Numbered from the stretch's first letter, positions 1 through 10,101 are shown. The stretch: DNA of 64,000 nucleotides from an uncultured Chlamydiae bacterium (GCA_963713615.1 CAVQMM010000001.1:1952001-2016000), one strand, 5' to 3'. Translations and numbers: made by a program. The notes: generated by a model from the sequence alone, not told the origin.

Positions 1-439
1 AACATTCCCTGGCATATCCAGAAACATTGCAAAAAGCTGGGGTAGCCCAAGGCGGAATTACCGCCATCACTTCTCCGTCATAGAGCAAGGTCGCACTATC
101 ACCCTCTTCAGCCCAAACGACATCAAGCAACTCTGGTTCCAGTGTCATGGGGTTTTGAGCATGTCTACAATACGAAGCCGGCATCACAGGAGCCCTACCC
201 GCTGCAATGTCCACCAACGCTGCTGTTACGCCGCCGGGCTCTGAAACCGGAACACGATTGCACACCCAACAGCCACGTACTGGAAACCAGTCATCAGGAG
301 TCTCGCCCATCGGAATAATCTCTTCAGGTCCATACAGATAAAAGTATACAGCCTCACCATCATCTTCCACATAGGCAGTAATATTACCCCAAGGCGAGGT
401 TTTTTCAAAAATAACTTCATCAAACATATTCATACTCAT
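1..439 (-). CDS. Suppressor-of-fused (SUFU)-domain family protein, N-terminal part (runs off the window edge; not in ORF track)
   Basis: Hand translation from ATG 439 is open to the window edge: MSMNMFDEVIFEKTSPWGNITAYVEDDGEAVYFYLYG...CWVCNR...APVMPASYCRH...VVWAEEGDSATL...AVIPPW...GYAREC. The YFYL, WVxN, VWxEEGD and GYARxC pattern recalls the N-terminus of bacterial SUFU-domain proteins. Confidence 0.6.
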   Translation of the reverse strand, partial: MSMNMFDEVIFEKTSPWGNITAYVEDDGEAVYFYLYGPEEIIPMGETPDDWFPVRGCWVCNRVPVSEPGGVTAALVDIAAGRAPVMPASYCRHAQNPMTLEPELLDVVWAEEGDSATLLYDGEVMAVIPPWATPAFCNVSGYAREC

Positions 440-642
440 TAACAATCAATCTCATATAATATATTATAATCAACTTTAAATAAATAAAAAATTAAAGATA
501 ACATATTATAATTATTTATATAGTATTTACAAATGCGAGCTAGAATGAACTATACTACACGCAGGTGGGTGTTGCACATTCGATATAATAATTATTTACT
601 TACTTTTCGTTTTCATATATAATGTAGAAAAAATGGCACTAT

Positions 643-1701
643 ATGATTAATTTAGTTAAATACATATCAATTTTGATTACGGTATCTACAGCTATTGTAG
701 GAGCTATTCTCAGCGAAGAGTCTACAAATGAGAAGAGAGAAAGCAGCATGCCCCCTCCAGAACACCCCCATAGTGAACCCAAACTTATCGGCGTAGAACG
801 CATCTGGGACCAAGCCCCGCATAATGCCTTCACCGACCTAATCGAATATAACGGCCGGTTGTTTTGCTGCTTTCGTGAGGGTGATGATCATGGTGGAGGG
901 ATTGATGGCACTATTCGTATCTTAGCCAGCGATGATGGCTTGGCATGGAGCTCTGTAGCTCACCTGAAAGCTAAAGGATTTGATCTACGCGATCCTAAAT
1001 TCTCCATCATGACAGATGGTCGTCTCATGCTAACGGTCGGTGGCTCCATCTTTCAAGGAGATGAATATCTTGGCTGTCGCCCCCATGTGGCCTTCTCGAA
1101 AGATGGAATACATTGGTCAGATTTTGTCGATCTTCAGATGCCTGAGGAATGGATCTGGAGAGTGACATGGCATCAAGGAATAGGCTATGGGGTCTCCTAC
1201 CGCTTTAGCGACCACTCCGACTTGGATCAACCCTGGATTATGACCTTATTCCAAACACAGGATGGCATCAAATACGATGCCGTAACAAACTTAGAAGTAC
1301 CCGATTTTCCCAGTGAAGCGACACTGCGTTTTTTGCCAGACGGTACCATGGTTGCCCTGGCACGACGCTATGGAAATGGATGGATTGGAACGGCTACTGC
1401 ACCTTATACGACATGGTCATGGACCGAAACCCGTTGGCGCCTTGGTGGCCCCAACTTCTTAATATTACCCAATGGCAACATGTGGGCGAGCTCGCGTCTG
1501 ATATCGGAAGGTTTAGAACCCACGACACAAACGGCCATTGGCCCCATGACCACGACATCATACGTTCCATCCTTGGTATTACCTAGCGATGGAGATACCA
1601 GCTATGCCGGTATGGTGTATCGCGCTGGAATTCTCTACGTCAGCTACTATTCGTCACATGAAGGCAAAAGTTGTGTTTATTTAGCGCGAATACAGCCTTG
1701 A
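643..1701 (+). CDS. Exo-alpha-sialidase / BNR-repeat beta-propeller protein, probably exported
   Basis: N-terminal hydrophobic signal, APHNAFTDL, FREG, Asp-box motifs (ASDDGLAW, FSKDGIHW), DLRDPK, GDTSY and YYSSHEG. Confidence 0.75.
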   Translation: MINLVKYISILITVSTAIVGAILSEESTNEKRESSMPPPEHPHSEPKLIGVERIWDQAPHNAFTDLIEYNGRLFCCFREGDDHGGGIDGTIRILASDDGLAWSSVAHLKAKGFDLRDPKFSIMTDGRLMLTVGGSIFQGDEYLGCRPHVAFSKDGIHWSDFVDLQMPEEWIWRVTWHQGIGYGVSYRFSDHSDLDQPWIMTLFQTQDGIKYDAVTNLEVPDFPSEATLRFLPDGTMVALARRYGNGWIGTATAPYTTWSWTETRWRLGGPNFLILPNGNMWASSRLISEGLEPTTQTAIGPMTTTSYVPSLVLPSDGDTSYAGMVYRAGILYVSYYSSHEGKSCVYLARIQP

Positions 1702-1712
1702 AAGGCCTCTGC

Positions 1713-2069
1713 CTAGCCATCCATACTATAGAAGGCATAGTCTTGAACAACCTGGCCACCAACCAAATGCTCCTGGATGATCCTCTCAATAACTTCAGGA
1801 GTACACGAGTGATACCAAACGCCATCCGGATAGACCACCGCGATAGGCCCTTTTTCACAAACACGTAGACAATTGACCTTGGTGCGGAAGATCCCCCCCT
1901 GCTCACTCAGCCCCAATTCACTCAAACGCCTCTTTAGATATTCCCACGCCAATAAGCCCAACTCTTTACTACAGCATTTCGGATGAGTCTGATCGGCACA
2001 TAGGAAGATATGTCGTCTGATTCTATCAATCCCTAGACTTTCCACTTTGCTCCGAATACTGTCAGACAT
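1713..2069 (-). CDS. Thioredoxin-like (2Fe-2S) ferredoxin
   Basis: HIFLC-x6-[22 protein letters not shown] and IIQEHL. Start moved to ATG 2069, which follows an AGGAAAGG RBS. Confidence 0.9.
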   Translation of the reverse strand: MSDSIRSKVESLGIDRIRRHIFLCADQTHPKCCSKELGLLAWEYLKRRLSELGLSEQGGIFRTKVNCLRVCEKGPIAVVYPDGVWYHSCTPEVIERIIQEHLVGGQVVQDYAFYSMDG

Positions 2070-2204
2070 AGCCTTTCCTGCTCCTGAGACAACCGCACTT
2101 CCCATCAAGTCTATCCTAAATCAAACATTTCTCTCGATATTTGAAAAAAAATATCTCCAAAAATCAAAAATCATTACATAATTACAATTTTACAAGGAGA
2201 TGCT

Positions 2205-3224
2205 ATGACCAAGATGCGCGCAGTACAAATTGGACGTCCCAATGGACCTTTTGAACTTGTCGAACGCGATATTCCCGAACCTTCGCCAGGTGCGGTTCGC
2301 ATTAAAATTCAGGCTTGCGGTGTCTGTCACAGCGATTCTCTGACAAAGGAAGGCACGTTCCCCGGTCTAAGCTATCCTCGGGTTCCGGGTCATGAAGTCG
2401 CTGGTGTTGTCGACGCTGTTGGAGCCGACGTCACAGCCTGGAAGCCAGGTCAGCGCGTAGGCGTGGGCTGGTATGGCGGACACTGCGGTGAATGCCTTTC
2501 CTGCCGACGCGGAGATTTCATCACCTGTGCTAAAATGCCGGTAACCGGTATTGCATACGATGGTGGCTACGCAGAATACATGATTGCCTCTGCCAAAGCT
2601 TTGGCTCTGATCCCTGATGAGCTATCTCCCGTAGACGCCGGACCGCTTATGTGTGCTGGCATCACAACATTCAATGCCCTACGTCACGCCGATGCCCATG
2701 CAGGAGACCTAGTGGCTATCCTGGGTTTGGGGGGTCTTGGACATTTAGCGGTACAATATGCCTCTAAGATGGGTTTTAGAACGGTTGGAATTGCACGAGG
2801 CAAAGACAAAGAAGCCTTAGCTAAACAGCTAGGAGCCCTTCACTACATCGATAGCGAAGCCCAAGATGTCAGCGCGGAACTGTCTAAACTTGGCGGAGCC
2901 AAAGTCATCCTAGCAACTGTCACGAATGCTAAAGCCATGAATTCCGTAATCAATGGCCTCGCAATCAACGGCAAACTTGTGGTTGTAGGTGCCCCACGCG
3001 AACCTTTAGAAGTTCCAGTCTTTACGATTCTCGGTGGCAGACGGTCTGTATCCGGATGGCCATCGGGCACCTCAATAGACTCGCAAGATACCATGGCCTT
3101 CAGCGCTATGAGTGGTATACGCTCCATGAATGAAGTTTTCCCCCTGGAACGTGCAGCAGAGGCCTATGAGCGAATGATGAGCGGCAAGGCACGCTTTCGT
3201 GTCGTCATCACAACCGGCTTGTAG
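2205..3224 (+). CDS. Zinc-dependent alcohol dehydrogenase (MDR family)
   Basis: CGVCHSD, GHE, a structural Zn site C-x2-C-x2-C-x7-C, a GLGGLG Rossmann motif and an AAGGAG RBS. Confidence 0.95.
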   Translation: MTKMRAVQIGRPNGPFELVERDIPEPSPGAVRIKIQACGVCHSDSLTKEGTFPGLSYPRVPGHEVAGVVDAVGADVTAWKPGQRVGVGWYGGHCGECLSCRRGDFITCAKMPVTGIAYDGGYAEYMIASAKALALIPDELSPVDAGPLMCAGITTFNALRHADAHAGDLVAILGLGGLGHLAVQYASKMGFRTVGIARGKDKEALAKQLGALHYIDSEAQDVSAELSKLGGAKVILATVTNAKAMNSVINGLAINGKLVVVGAPREPLEVPVFTILGGRRSVSGWPSGTSIDSQDTMAFSAMSGIRSMNEVFPLERAAEAYERMMSGKARFRVVITTGL

Positions 3225-3226
3225 AG

Positions 3227-4162
3227 CTACAGAAGATTCCAAAAGATACCGATCTCAATAACATACAGCAAAAGGACCACTAGAGTGCCCACAAAGGTCT
3301 TTTGAAAGCGCCTACCGTCTCCAGGAGATAACCACCAGCCCAAAAAGCTGATCAGAATAGGCATCATCGGAAAGGAAATTAAAGTGACACTGATCGCATT
3401 GCCGATGAATGTCCCTAAAGAACTGTTCAACGCCGCAGTCCATGGAGAAAGATACTTCAACTCTAGCATCACAATAGGAAAGAGACCTAACAAAACAATC
3501 ATCGTCTGCTTCCAGACAGATGGAATCTCGCCGGTTTTTGCTATCGAAGCGAACCAACCGGCATAGGGCGACACCACGCGATGAATTTCGAGAGAAGTCA
3601 CTAAAGAAGCCGCTTCTTTTAATACCTCTCGCCGCTCTGAGGATGCTAGCCAACGATCGAGGCTATCCGCACTATCGAATTGCAGTAATGTAATCCAATT
3701 GTGCCCTCCACTGTGACTCGGAGACTGCAGGTAAACGCCCCGAAATCCGGGAAATTTCGCCTCCACCTGATGCATTCTGGCACTCCATTGCCGGAAGGCC
3801 GCTTCATTCTCGGGGCTAATTTGAGAGATAATCAGTTCAGTGACACCTCCCTGCAGGCCTGACTCAGATCCTGTCGTTTCTTCAATGCCATTGCTGACAA
3901 GGGTGTGAAGCTCACGCATGAGCTCCCCATGCTGTACCGAATGACTCCACAAAGAAGCAGCGTTAGAATCGTAAAATCGTTGAACAATCACCCACTTATC
4001 CTGCTGATCCGGAGTCGCCAGAAACTCTAAACTGATGAATCCCGGGAAACCAGCAAGCAAAGTATTTAGCTTTGCTTGCCAATCAACGAAAGGGATTCTA
4101 GCTTCTGGCAGAATTGTTACCTGCAGAGTCGTGATGGCAGGTTTTTGGGTAAATTGAGGCAT
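3227..4162 (-). CDS. Tandem ABM (antibiotic biosynthesis monooxygenase-like) domain membrane protein
   Basis: Two FPGF...W-containing ferredoxin-fold repeats, then WKQTM and three hydrophobic helices. Confidence 0.7.
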   Translation of the reverse strand: MPQFTQKPAITTLQVTILPEARIPFVDWQAKLNTLLAGFPGFISLEFLATPDQQDKWVIVQRFYDSNAASLWSHSVQHGELMRELHTLVSNGIEETTGSESGLQGGVTELIISQISPENEAAFRQWSARMHQVEAKFPGFRGVYLQSPSHSGGHNWITLLQFDSADSLDRWLASSERREVLKEAASLVTSLEIHRVVSPYAGWFASIAKTGEIPSVWKQTMIVLLGLFPIVMLELKYLSPWTAALNSSLGTFIGNAISVTLISFPMMPILISFLGWWLSPGDGRRFQKTFVGTLVVLLLYVIEIGIFWNLL

Positions 4163-4185
4163 AGCCTACCTACCTTTCTCTCCGC

Positions 4186-4671
4186 TTAGTAGCGAGCTCG
4201 ATCGGGCAATTCGGAAAACTCCTTCCAGACCTCAACAGCTTCCGGACGCATCATCTCTGTGAAGGTAATGCGACGATCCGAGGGCTCCTTGGAAATTTCT
4301 GACAGGATGTCAACATCGGCGAAATCCCCATATTTTAAGGAATCTTCTGTTGTAGCCCCATAATAAATGTGTCTGATATGAGCCCAATAAGCTGTTGCTA
4401 AGCACATTGGACAGCACTCCGCGCTGGTATACAAATCGCAACCATCAAGATGCGGTGTCCCCAATTTTTTGCATGCTTCTCGAATGGCTTGCATTTCCGC
4501 ATGCCAAGTAGGGTCATTGTGCTTGATAACTTGATTATATCCCTCTGCGATGATCTTGCCATCCTTCACAACAACAGCACCAAAAACACCGCCAGTTTTC
4601 TCTCTGATGGAAGCGCGTCGGCTAAGCTCAATGGCTTTTTTCATGAAAATTTCATGATTTTTTTTATCCAT
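4186..4671 (-). CDS. Nucleoside deaminase family protein (guanine deaminase-like)
   Basis: FGAVVV, HAE and CCPMC zinc motifs of the cytidine deaminase fold. Confidence 0.85.
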   Translation of the reverse strand: MDKKNHEIFMKKAIELSRRASIREKTGGVFGAVVVKDGKIIAEGYNQVIKHNDPTWHAEMQAIREACKKLGTPHLDGCDLYTSAECCPMCLATAYWAHIRHIYYGATTEDSLKYGDFADVDILSEISKEPSDRRITFTEMMRPEAVEVWKEFSELPDRARY

Positions 4672-5144
4672 AGCACCTCCAAATTTTTGAAAAGCCTTAC
4701 ACCTTGATTTGACAAGCCTTCCCGTTAAATGTCAATAAGGGACGAAAAGGACCTAAAGGACTTAGTTCTGAGTCCTTTAGAGGTAATTGCAGAAGTCCGA
4801 TTCTCCGAAGTCAATTTCCTGAAAATCGGATGCCGGTGAAGAGAGAGTCATTCCCTTCCCAGGCCCGAAGGGTCGATATTGCAACAGGCCATGGCATCGC
4901 CACATAGGCCTCAACCTAAGCCTAACAATCGTATCTCGGCGCGCAGCGCTTTGGAGTGCGGTCGCTTGCGACCGCTTTGGGTTCCTTGCGACGGTCGTGT
5001 GCAACGGCATCACTATAATTCCCTAAGGGTAAAATAGTTAGTACATGCAGCCTTCGACGAATCCATACAATGCCGTTTAGCATTGCCGTCCCAAGGAACG
5101 AAAAGCGGTCGCAAGGTAAGCGTCAATTGAGGCCATCTGGCGAT

Positions 5145-6689
5145 TTATTCGGCAGTGGGGGCTGATGAGGTGGATGAGGCCTTTGCTTGTCGCCTGGCGG
5201 CAGCCCAAGCGTCGGGCAGAAGCTCGTGAAGTTTTTGAGAATTATGGGCTGGCAGGCGCCTCATCACATCCTCTAGGTATTCGTGGGGGTTGACTCCTAT
5301 CGCGCGGCAGGTCTGTACCAGGCTTAGCAGTACGGCGGAAGCTTCCCCACCCTCCTCGCTTCCAATAAACATCCAGTTCTTGCGGCCAATAGCTAGAGGG
5401 CGTATCGCTCGCTCCGCTACATTGTTGTCGAGACGCGCAAATGCATGTTGGGTGTAGTTTTTCAGATGGGGAATTAAGCTGCAATAATAGCCTAGAGCCT
5501 CCCTTAGATTCGATTTGGGAAGAGCCTTGCCATTAACCAGCCGGTCCTTGATGCGTGCAGTCAGCTCATCTATTATTGGAGCTTCTTTCTCTTGTCTTAT
5601 CCGCAGACGTTCCTCTGGAGAACGTTCCCAAGCAACTCTCTCTAACATAAATAGATATTTTATCTTGCGCAGTACCCAGCTAACAAATTTTTTATCGCCA
5701 CCTACAGCGTCGAAAAACTTGCGCCGAATGTGACTCCAGCATGGACACCAAGTGAATTGCTTCTTATTAGCCAGTGCTTCATAGGCTCCATATTTATCCG
5801 AATGGACAACACCTTTATATCCAGCTAGTATTTCCACAGCATGCTTGTGGCAGCGGTCCGTGCGAAAATGATAGACTCGATAAGGCGGATTTTTTTCCTG
5901 CCCTCCAACGATCACCCACATAAAAGCCTGGTGCACCTTTCCCTTACCAGGGACAAGCATGTCCACAGGAGATTCGTCCACAAAAACATTGTTGCTGCTG
6001 AGCACGCGAGCAATCATTTCTTCATATAGCGCCTTTAAGGCATATCCACAGCGCATTACCCACTTGCAAAGTATTTGTCGGCTGATGAGAATGCCCTCGC
6101 GAGCTAAGATTTCCGATTGACGAAATAAAGGAAGGTGATCGGCGAATTTTTTCACGATCACACTGGCTAAAAGACTTTCATCGGCTTGACAGCGAGGAAA
6201 AATGCTATCTGGTAAATCTGCGATAAAAACGCCCTCTTCACTATGTGCTCTACATGCATACTTGGGACGTACTAGCTCCTTGACGTAGTAGCTACCTGGC
6301 GTATGCGCTATTTTGTGAGTGACTTCTTCGCCAATTTTGACGAGGGCTTCACCCGTTGTAGGGCAAACTTTTTGATCCTCTGGCAAATCTAAAATACAGC
6401 GTTGAACGGGAATATTGTCTGGAAGCGTAATTTTATCTTTGCCATTGCGCCCCTGCTTAACCCGTCGATGAGCAGGCACATTTATTGTCTCTTTTTGCTC
6501 TTCGGAACCAAGATTTTCGAAACCTTCCAGGTAGAGTTGTTGACCGCCATCGTCGACTACTTTTTCCGAACGTTTCCCAAAAATCTGACGCCTAAACCAT
6601 TCAAGCTGCTCCTTGAGAAAGCTATTCTCATTTCGCAGGGAATAAATTTCCGATTGAAGCTGTTCTAGTGATAGTGTTGAGGTTTCCAT
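5145..6689 (-). CDS. tnpC: IS66 DDE transposase TnpC
   Basis: FGKRSEK, zinc-binding region, KFADHLPLFRQ, VDES, SDKY, CWSHIRRKF and LDNNVAERAIRPLAIGRKNW. Confidence 0.97.
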   Translation of the reverse strand: METSTLSLEQLQSEIYSLRNENSFLKEQLEWFRRQIFGKRSEKVVDDGGQQLYLEGFENLGSEEQKETINVPAHRRVKQGRNGKDKITLPDNIPVQRCILDLPEDQKVCPTTGEALVKIGEEVTHKIAHTPGSYYVKELVRPKYACRAHSEEGVFIADLPDSIFPRCQADESLLASVIVKKFADHLPLFRQSEILAREGILISRQILCKWVMRCGYALKALYEEMIARVLSSNNVFVDESPVDMLVPGKGKVHQAFMWVIVGGQEKNPPYRVYHFRTDRCHKHAVEILAGYKGVVHSDKYGAYEALANKKQFTWCPCWSHIRRKFFDAVGGDKKFVSWVLRKIKYLFMLERVAWERSPEERLRIRQEKEAPIIDELTARIKDRLVNGKALPKSNLREALGYYCSLIPHLKNYTQHAFARLDNNVAERAIRPLAIGRKNWMFIGSEEGGEASAVLLSLVQTCRAIGVNPHEYLEDVMRRLPAHNSQKLHELLPDAWAAARRQAKASSTSSAPTAE

Positions 6690-6771
6690 ATGCTCTAAAT
6701 CATATCACAGACCCCCTCTATTATCAAGTATTTTATCTAATAAAATGCACATTGTTTTTAGGATTTTAGGC

Positions 6772-7353
6772 TCAATGACTACTCTCCAACAACATTAGAA
6801 ATTCTCGACGATCGATAGCGGAATCTGGAATGCTTCCATTGCGAAAACTTCCTTTTTCAAGTCGCTTGTACCAGACGGCATGACCATTACCATCCCAGTA
6901 AAAGACCTTCACTAGATTTCTACGACGATTTAAAAAAACGAAGTAGGCCCCGCAGGTAAATTCGCCCGAGAACGAACTGTCAACAAGATTGCTCAAGCAC
7001 TCAAATCCCTTTCGCATATCGATCGGCTCTTGATAGAGAAAGACACCCTTGTTTTTCTGATATGACGACCTCAGAGTTTTGCTCGCAGACTTTAGGGTTA
7101 GATAGACGCTCTTCTGATCAAGCGAAAGCTTGAGCTCGGGCAGGGTAATGTCTATCCAACCCGTCGAGGAAATGTGGTCGGGCGGGCTAACTTTAAAGCG
7201 TTGGTACCAGTACAAGAGCTGCTGGTAGCTTATATTGTTCTCTAGGCACCACCTGCGGCCACTCTGACCGCTCGCCATCCATTGGTCTATGCGTCGAGCC
7301 CACTCAGAACGCTTCCTTTTGAAATCCATTAGTATCTCCATGGTTAGGGTCAT
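6772..7353 (-). CDS. IS66 accessory protein, TnpA-TnpB fused in one ORF
   Basis: The N-terminal half is a TnpA-like HTH (W..SGQS...WC....ISY..L.YW). The C-terminal half is TnpB (EPIDMRKGF, FVFLNRRRNLVKVFYWDGNG, KRLEKGSF). Confidence 0.85.
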   Translation of the reverse strand: MTLTMEILMDFKRKRSEWARRIDQWMASGQSGRRWCLENNISYQQLLYWYQRFKVSPPDHISSTGWIDITLPELKLSLDQKSVYLTLKSASKTLRSSYQKNKGVFLYQEPIDMRKGFECLSNLVDSSFSGEFTCGAYFVFLNRRRNLVKVFYWDGNGHAVWYKRLEKGSFRNGSIPDSAIDRREFLMLLESSH

Positions 7354-7858
7354 GGAGAAAACTTAGAACCTCGCGGAATTACGAAAAAGGTGGCTTCAAT
7401 TGACGCTTACGTCGCAAGCGACCGCACTCCAAAGCGCTGCGCGCCGAGATACGATTGTGAAGTCCTAAGTCATTGAGATATAAGCTCAAAAGACCTGTTA
7501 GGTTGAGGCCTATGTGGCATCGCCATGGTATATGCCAAAACGGTTTTAGCAGCCTGTAGGGCTGCCATAAAGCGCATGCATAAATGGTGTTTGTAAACTG
7601 GCGTCTTGTAGCAGTCCTTCAGACTGCGAAATCCCTTCCTGGCATATACCATGGCGATGCCATGGCCTGTTGCAATATCGACCCTTCGGGCCTGGGAAGG
7701 GAGAAAAGCCTGTCTTTCCAGACTGGATAGTGCCATACCACTTAAGCTCTCTAGAATCGCCTTCTCACAAAAAAAGGTAACCTTTTTTCCCGAGAATCGA
7801 TTCTCAAGGGCTCAAATAATTTTGCGATTACCTCTTTAGGTCCTTTTTGTCTCTTAGA

Positions 7859-8869
7859 TTACCTGGACAATTTAGCGATAGCATCCAAGAGAGCCCTGCT
7901 ATGCCGGTCTTCCAAAGGAACCAAGGGAGGACGCAATAGATGCCAGCTAAGTCCCTTCTTTGCCTCTACGAGACTCTTGATAGCTGGAAAGATAGGGTAT
8001 TCGCTTAAGACTTCAACGATACCTTTCAAATCCCCATTGTAGTCAGGCTTACGATGATCTTTGCCATATTTATAGAGAGAACAGATCAACTCAGGATAAA
8101 CATTGACAAGCCCTGAGATAACCCCTACAGCACCTTTTCGAACAGCCTCGGAAATCTGCACTTCCTTCCCTACAAAAACCTTAAATCCTGGAAACTGTGA
8201 AATAACGTCAGAAGCAAAAGCTAAATTCCCGTCACTTTCCTTCAAACCAATAACTTGGTCAGGAAACTCCTCGCGCAATGATCTGATGATATTTAGTGTG
8301 ATGGACACGCCACTGTATTTAGGAATGTGATACAACAAGACTTTTAATTCAGGACGTCCAATTCTAAGAATAACCTCCCGATAGAAAGCCACCACCCCTG
8401 CATCTTCAACATCTTTATAAAAGAAGGGCGGTGCTATCAAAACCCCGGCGCATCCATAATCAACGGCTGTCACAGCTAAGTCTACGGCATCCTTGATCGC
8501 CGAGCAACCAATGCCGACTAACACTTTGTGGGGGCTAACGCCACGCTCAATCAAGGCTCGAATAGCACCTTTTCGCTCCTGTACAGAAAACAGTGTGCCT
8601 TCCCCAGAGGTGCCAAAGAGCAGAACGCCACTGCATCCTCTCTGAATTAGGTCCTGACAATGCGCAGCAAACGCCTCGTAGTCACAACTATAATCGGGAT
8701 GCATAGGCGTAAGCGAAGCCGCATATACACCGCTAAACGAGGGAGCGTCTAGCACTTCTTGCTGTAGCGCCCTTCCTGAGATCTCATAGTCCACGCCTTC
8801 ACCTGATAAGGATTGTTGGTACAAAGCACAATATAAGGCATTGCGGAATGCGGCACCACTAATTTGCAC
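7859..8869 (-). CDS. Dihydrodipicolinate synthase (DapA/NanA) family aldolase; start uncertain
   Basis: GVYAASLTP, GTSGEG, LLYHIP (catalytic Tyr), GLKES (Schiff-base Lys) and RPPL. About 40 N-terminal residues are unexplained. Confidence 0.85.
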   Translation of the reverse strand: MQISGAAFRNALYCALYQQSLSGEGVDYEISGRALQQEVLDAPSFSGVYAASLTPMHPDYSCDYEAFAAHCQDLIQRGCSGVLLFGTSGEGTLFSVQERKGAIRALIERGVSPHKVLVGIGCSAIKDAVDLAVTAVDYGCAGVLIAPPFFYKDVEDAGVVAFYREVILRIGRPELKVLLYHIPKYSGVSITLNIIRSLREEFPDQVIGLKESDGNLAFASDVISQFPGFKVFVGKEVQISEAVRKGAVGVISGLVNVYPELICSLYKYGKDHRKPDYNGDLKGIVEVLSEYPIFPAIKSLVEAKKGLSWHLLRPPLVPLEDRHSRALLDAIAKLSR

Positions 8870-9186
8870 AACACACCTGATATCTCCGCGTGCTATCGCT
8901 AAAATTTGCCAGGACTTATAATTCCAATTCCGTTAAAACTAATTGCTTCATCAACGATAAAGGAACTCGCTAAAAATGAAAGACGAACAAAATAAGTCCA
9001 ACTGGTTGTCTCACATCAGAAACCTAACAATGACCCCAATCATAAGGTCGCTATGCCCTATGTACTTGTCATGACATACAGAACGGAACTGTCGGAAATT
9101 TTACAAGAAGCTGCAGATAGGATGGGACGATTGATCTCTTGCTAAATTGCTTTTCAACGCTATAAGGAAGGGGTTTTAGAAAACAA

Positions 9187-10101
9187 ATGGATTTTGAGAC
9201 GCTTCATCAGATCGAAATTAATCTAATGGGTCATCTGCAAGGCATCAGGGGCCCTATCTTAGATCAAATTATCCTCGCCTTGGACAACTGCGACCGCCTA
9301 CCTTTTTACACGATAGCGATTCTTTTGGTATGGTTCGTCTATCGTCCAAAGCTAGGAATGCAACTTTTTCTCTTGTTTGTCCTTTGTATAGTCACCAATC
9401 AAAATAGCAAAATCTTCTTTGCGCAACCTCGTCCATACCATGTGGATGCTTCTCTAGGACTTCTCTCTGTTGCATCGTTTGGCTTTCCCAGCGGAGCGGC
9501 TCAGGCATGGACAGTATTTTGTGGATGGATTGCCCTGACGGAACAAAGGCGTTGGGTGTGGATACTGGGTGCAAGCTTTTTGCTGTTGGTGAGTTTTTCC
9601 AGAGTCTACCTCGGAGTTCATTTCGCTACCGACATTCTTGGTGGATGGATCATTGGCAGTATGATCCTATGGGGATGTTACAACAATATGCCTCGACTAG
9701 AACGCTATCTAGCAGAGAAATCAAAGACCCAATTAGTACTCCTTAGTGTACTCTCGGCCATTTTTCTGGAGCTATGCTGCTTGGGAACTTCTGGAAAAAT
9801 CATGATCGCGGCAGGGCTTGGAGCATGCATCGGGTATATTTATGCTCCACAACTATTAAATCCCACCTGGAAGCAGAAAGTCCTTCGTGTTATCCTGGCC
9901 CTTGTAGGTGCCATTGTCTTACAACAAATCTCAAATGCCATTCGAAATAACACGGATGCTAACATCCACATATGGACCTCAGCCATTCTTTTCTTCCTCG
10001 TAGGCTTATGGGTTAGCTATGGTGTTCCTTTGATCACTGAAGAGAACAAAAAAGGACAACTACTCGGATCCTGGTCAATAAGAGGAAACACCGTTGAATA
10101 A
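9187..10101 (+). CDS. PAP2-family membrane phosphatase
   Basis: K-x6-RP, FPSG(A) and SRVYLGVHF-x2-D motifs with several TM segments. The usual PSGH His is Ala here. Confidence 0.85.
   Translation: MDFETLHQIEINLMGHLQGIRGPILDQIILALDNCDRLPFYTIAILLVWFVYRPKLGMQLFLLFVLCIVTNQNSKIFFAQPRPYHVDASLGLLSVASFGFPSGAAQAWTVFCGWIALTEQRRWVWILGASFLLLVSFSRVYLGVHFATDILGGWIIGSMILWGCYNNMPRLERYLAEKSKTQLVLLSVLSAIFLELCCLGTSGKIMIAAGLGACIGYIYAPQLLNPTWKQKVLRVILALVGAIVLQQISNAIRNNTDANIHIWTSAILFFLVGLWVSYGVPLITEENKKGQLLGSWSIRGNTVE

Larger units (their letters stand above)
5116..7410 (-). mobile_element. IS66-family insertion sequence, complete (2295 bp)
   Basis: 23-bp terminal inverted repeats GTAAGCGTCAATTGA(G/A)GCCA(T/C)CT with 2 mismatches. 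An 8-bp target duplication GTCGCAAG sits at 5108-5115 and 7411-7418. Confidence 0.97.
4780..7834. mobile_element. 752-bp non-coding MITE-like composite palindromic element, interrupted by IS66
   Basis: Ends are GAGGTAATTGCA...TGCGATTACCTC. Removing IS66 and one target duplication leaves 752 bp, the near-identical reverse complement of 43941-44692. Flanked by TTTA on both sides. Confidence 0.85.

Noticed and set aside
226..423. 65-aa ORF from the ORF track
   Set aside because: It is an out-of-frame shadow of the longer SUFU-like frame starting at 439.
7470..7839. Recurrent short ORFs (MALSSLERQ..., MAMPWPVAIS..., MMPLHTTVARN...) at 4.8, 7.5, 18.9-20.3 and 43.9-44.8 kb
   Set aside because: They recur only because the underlying palindromic DNA is repeated. 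Their starts and stops vary between copies, and they show no RBS or protein motif.
643..8869. Sialic acid utilisation cluster (sialidase-like plus NanA-like aldolase)
   Set aside because: The two genes are on opposite strands with unrelated genes between them, no nanK, nanE or transporter is present, and both family calls are too broad.
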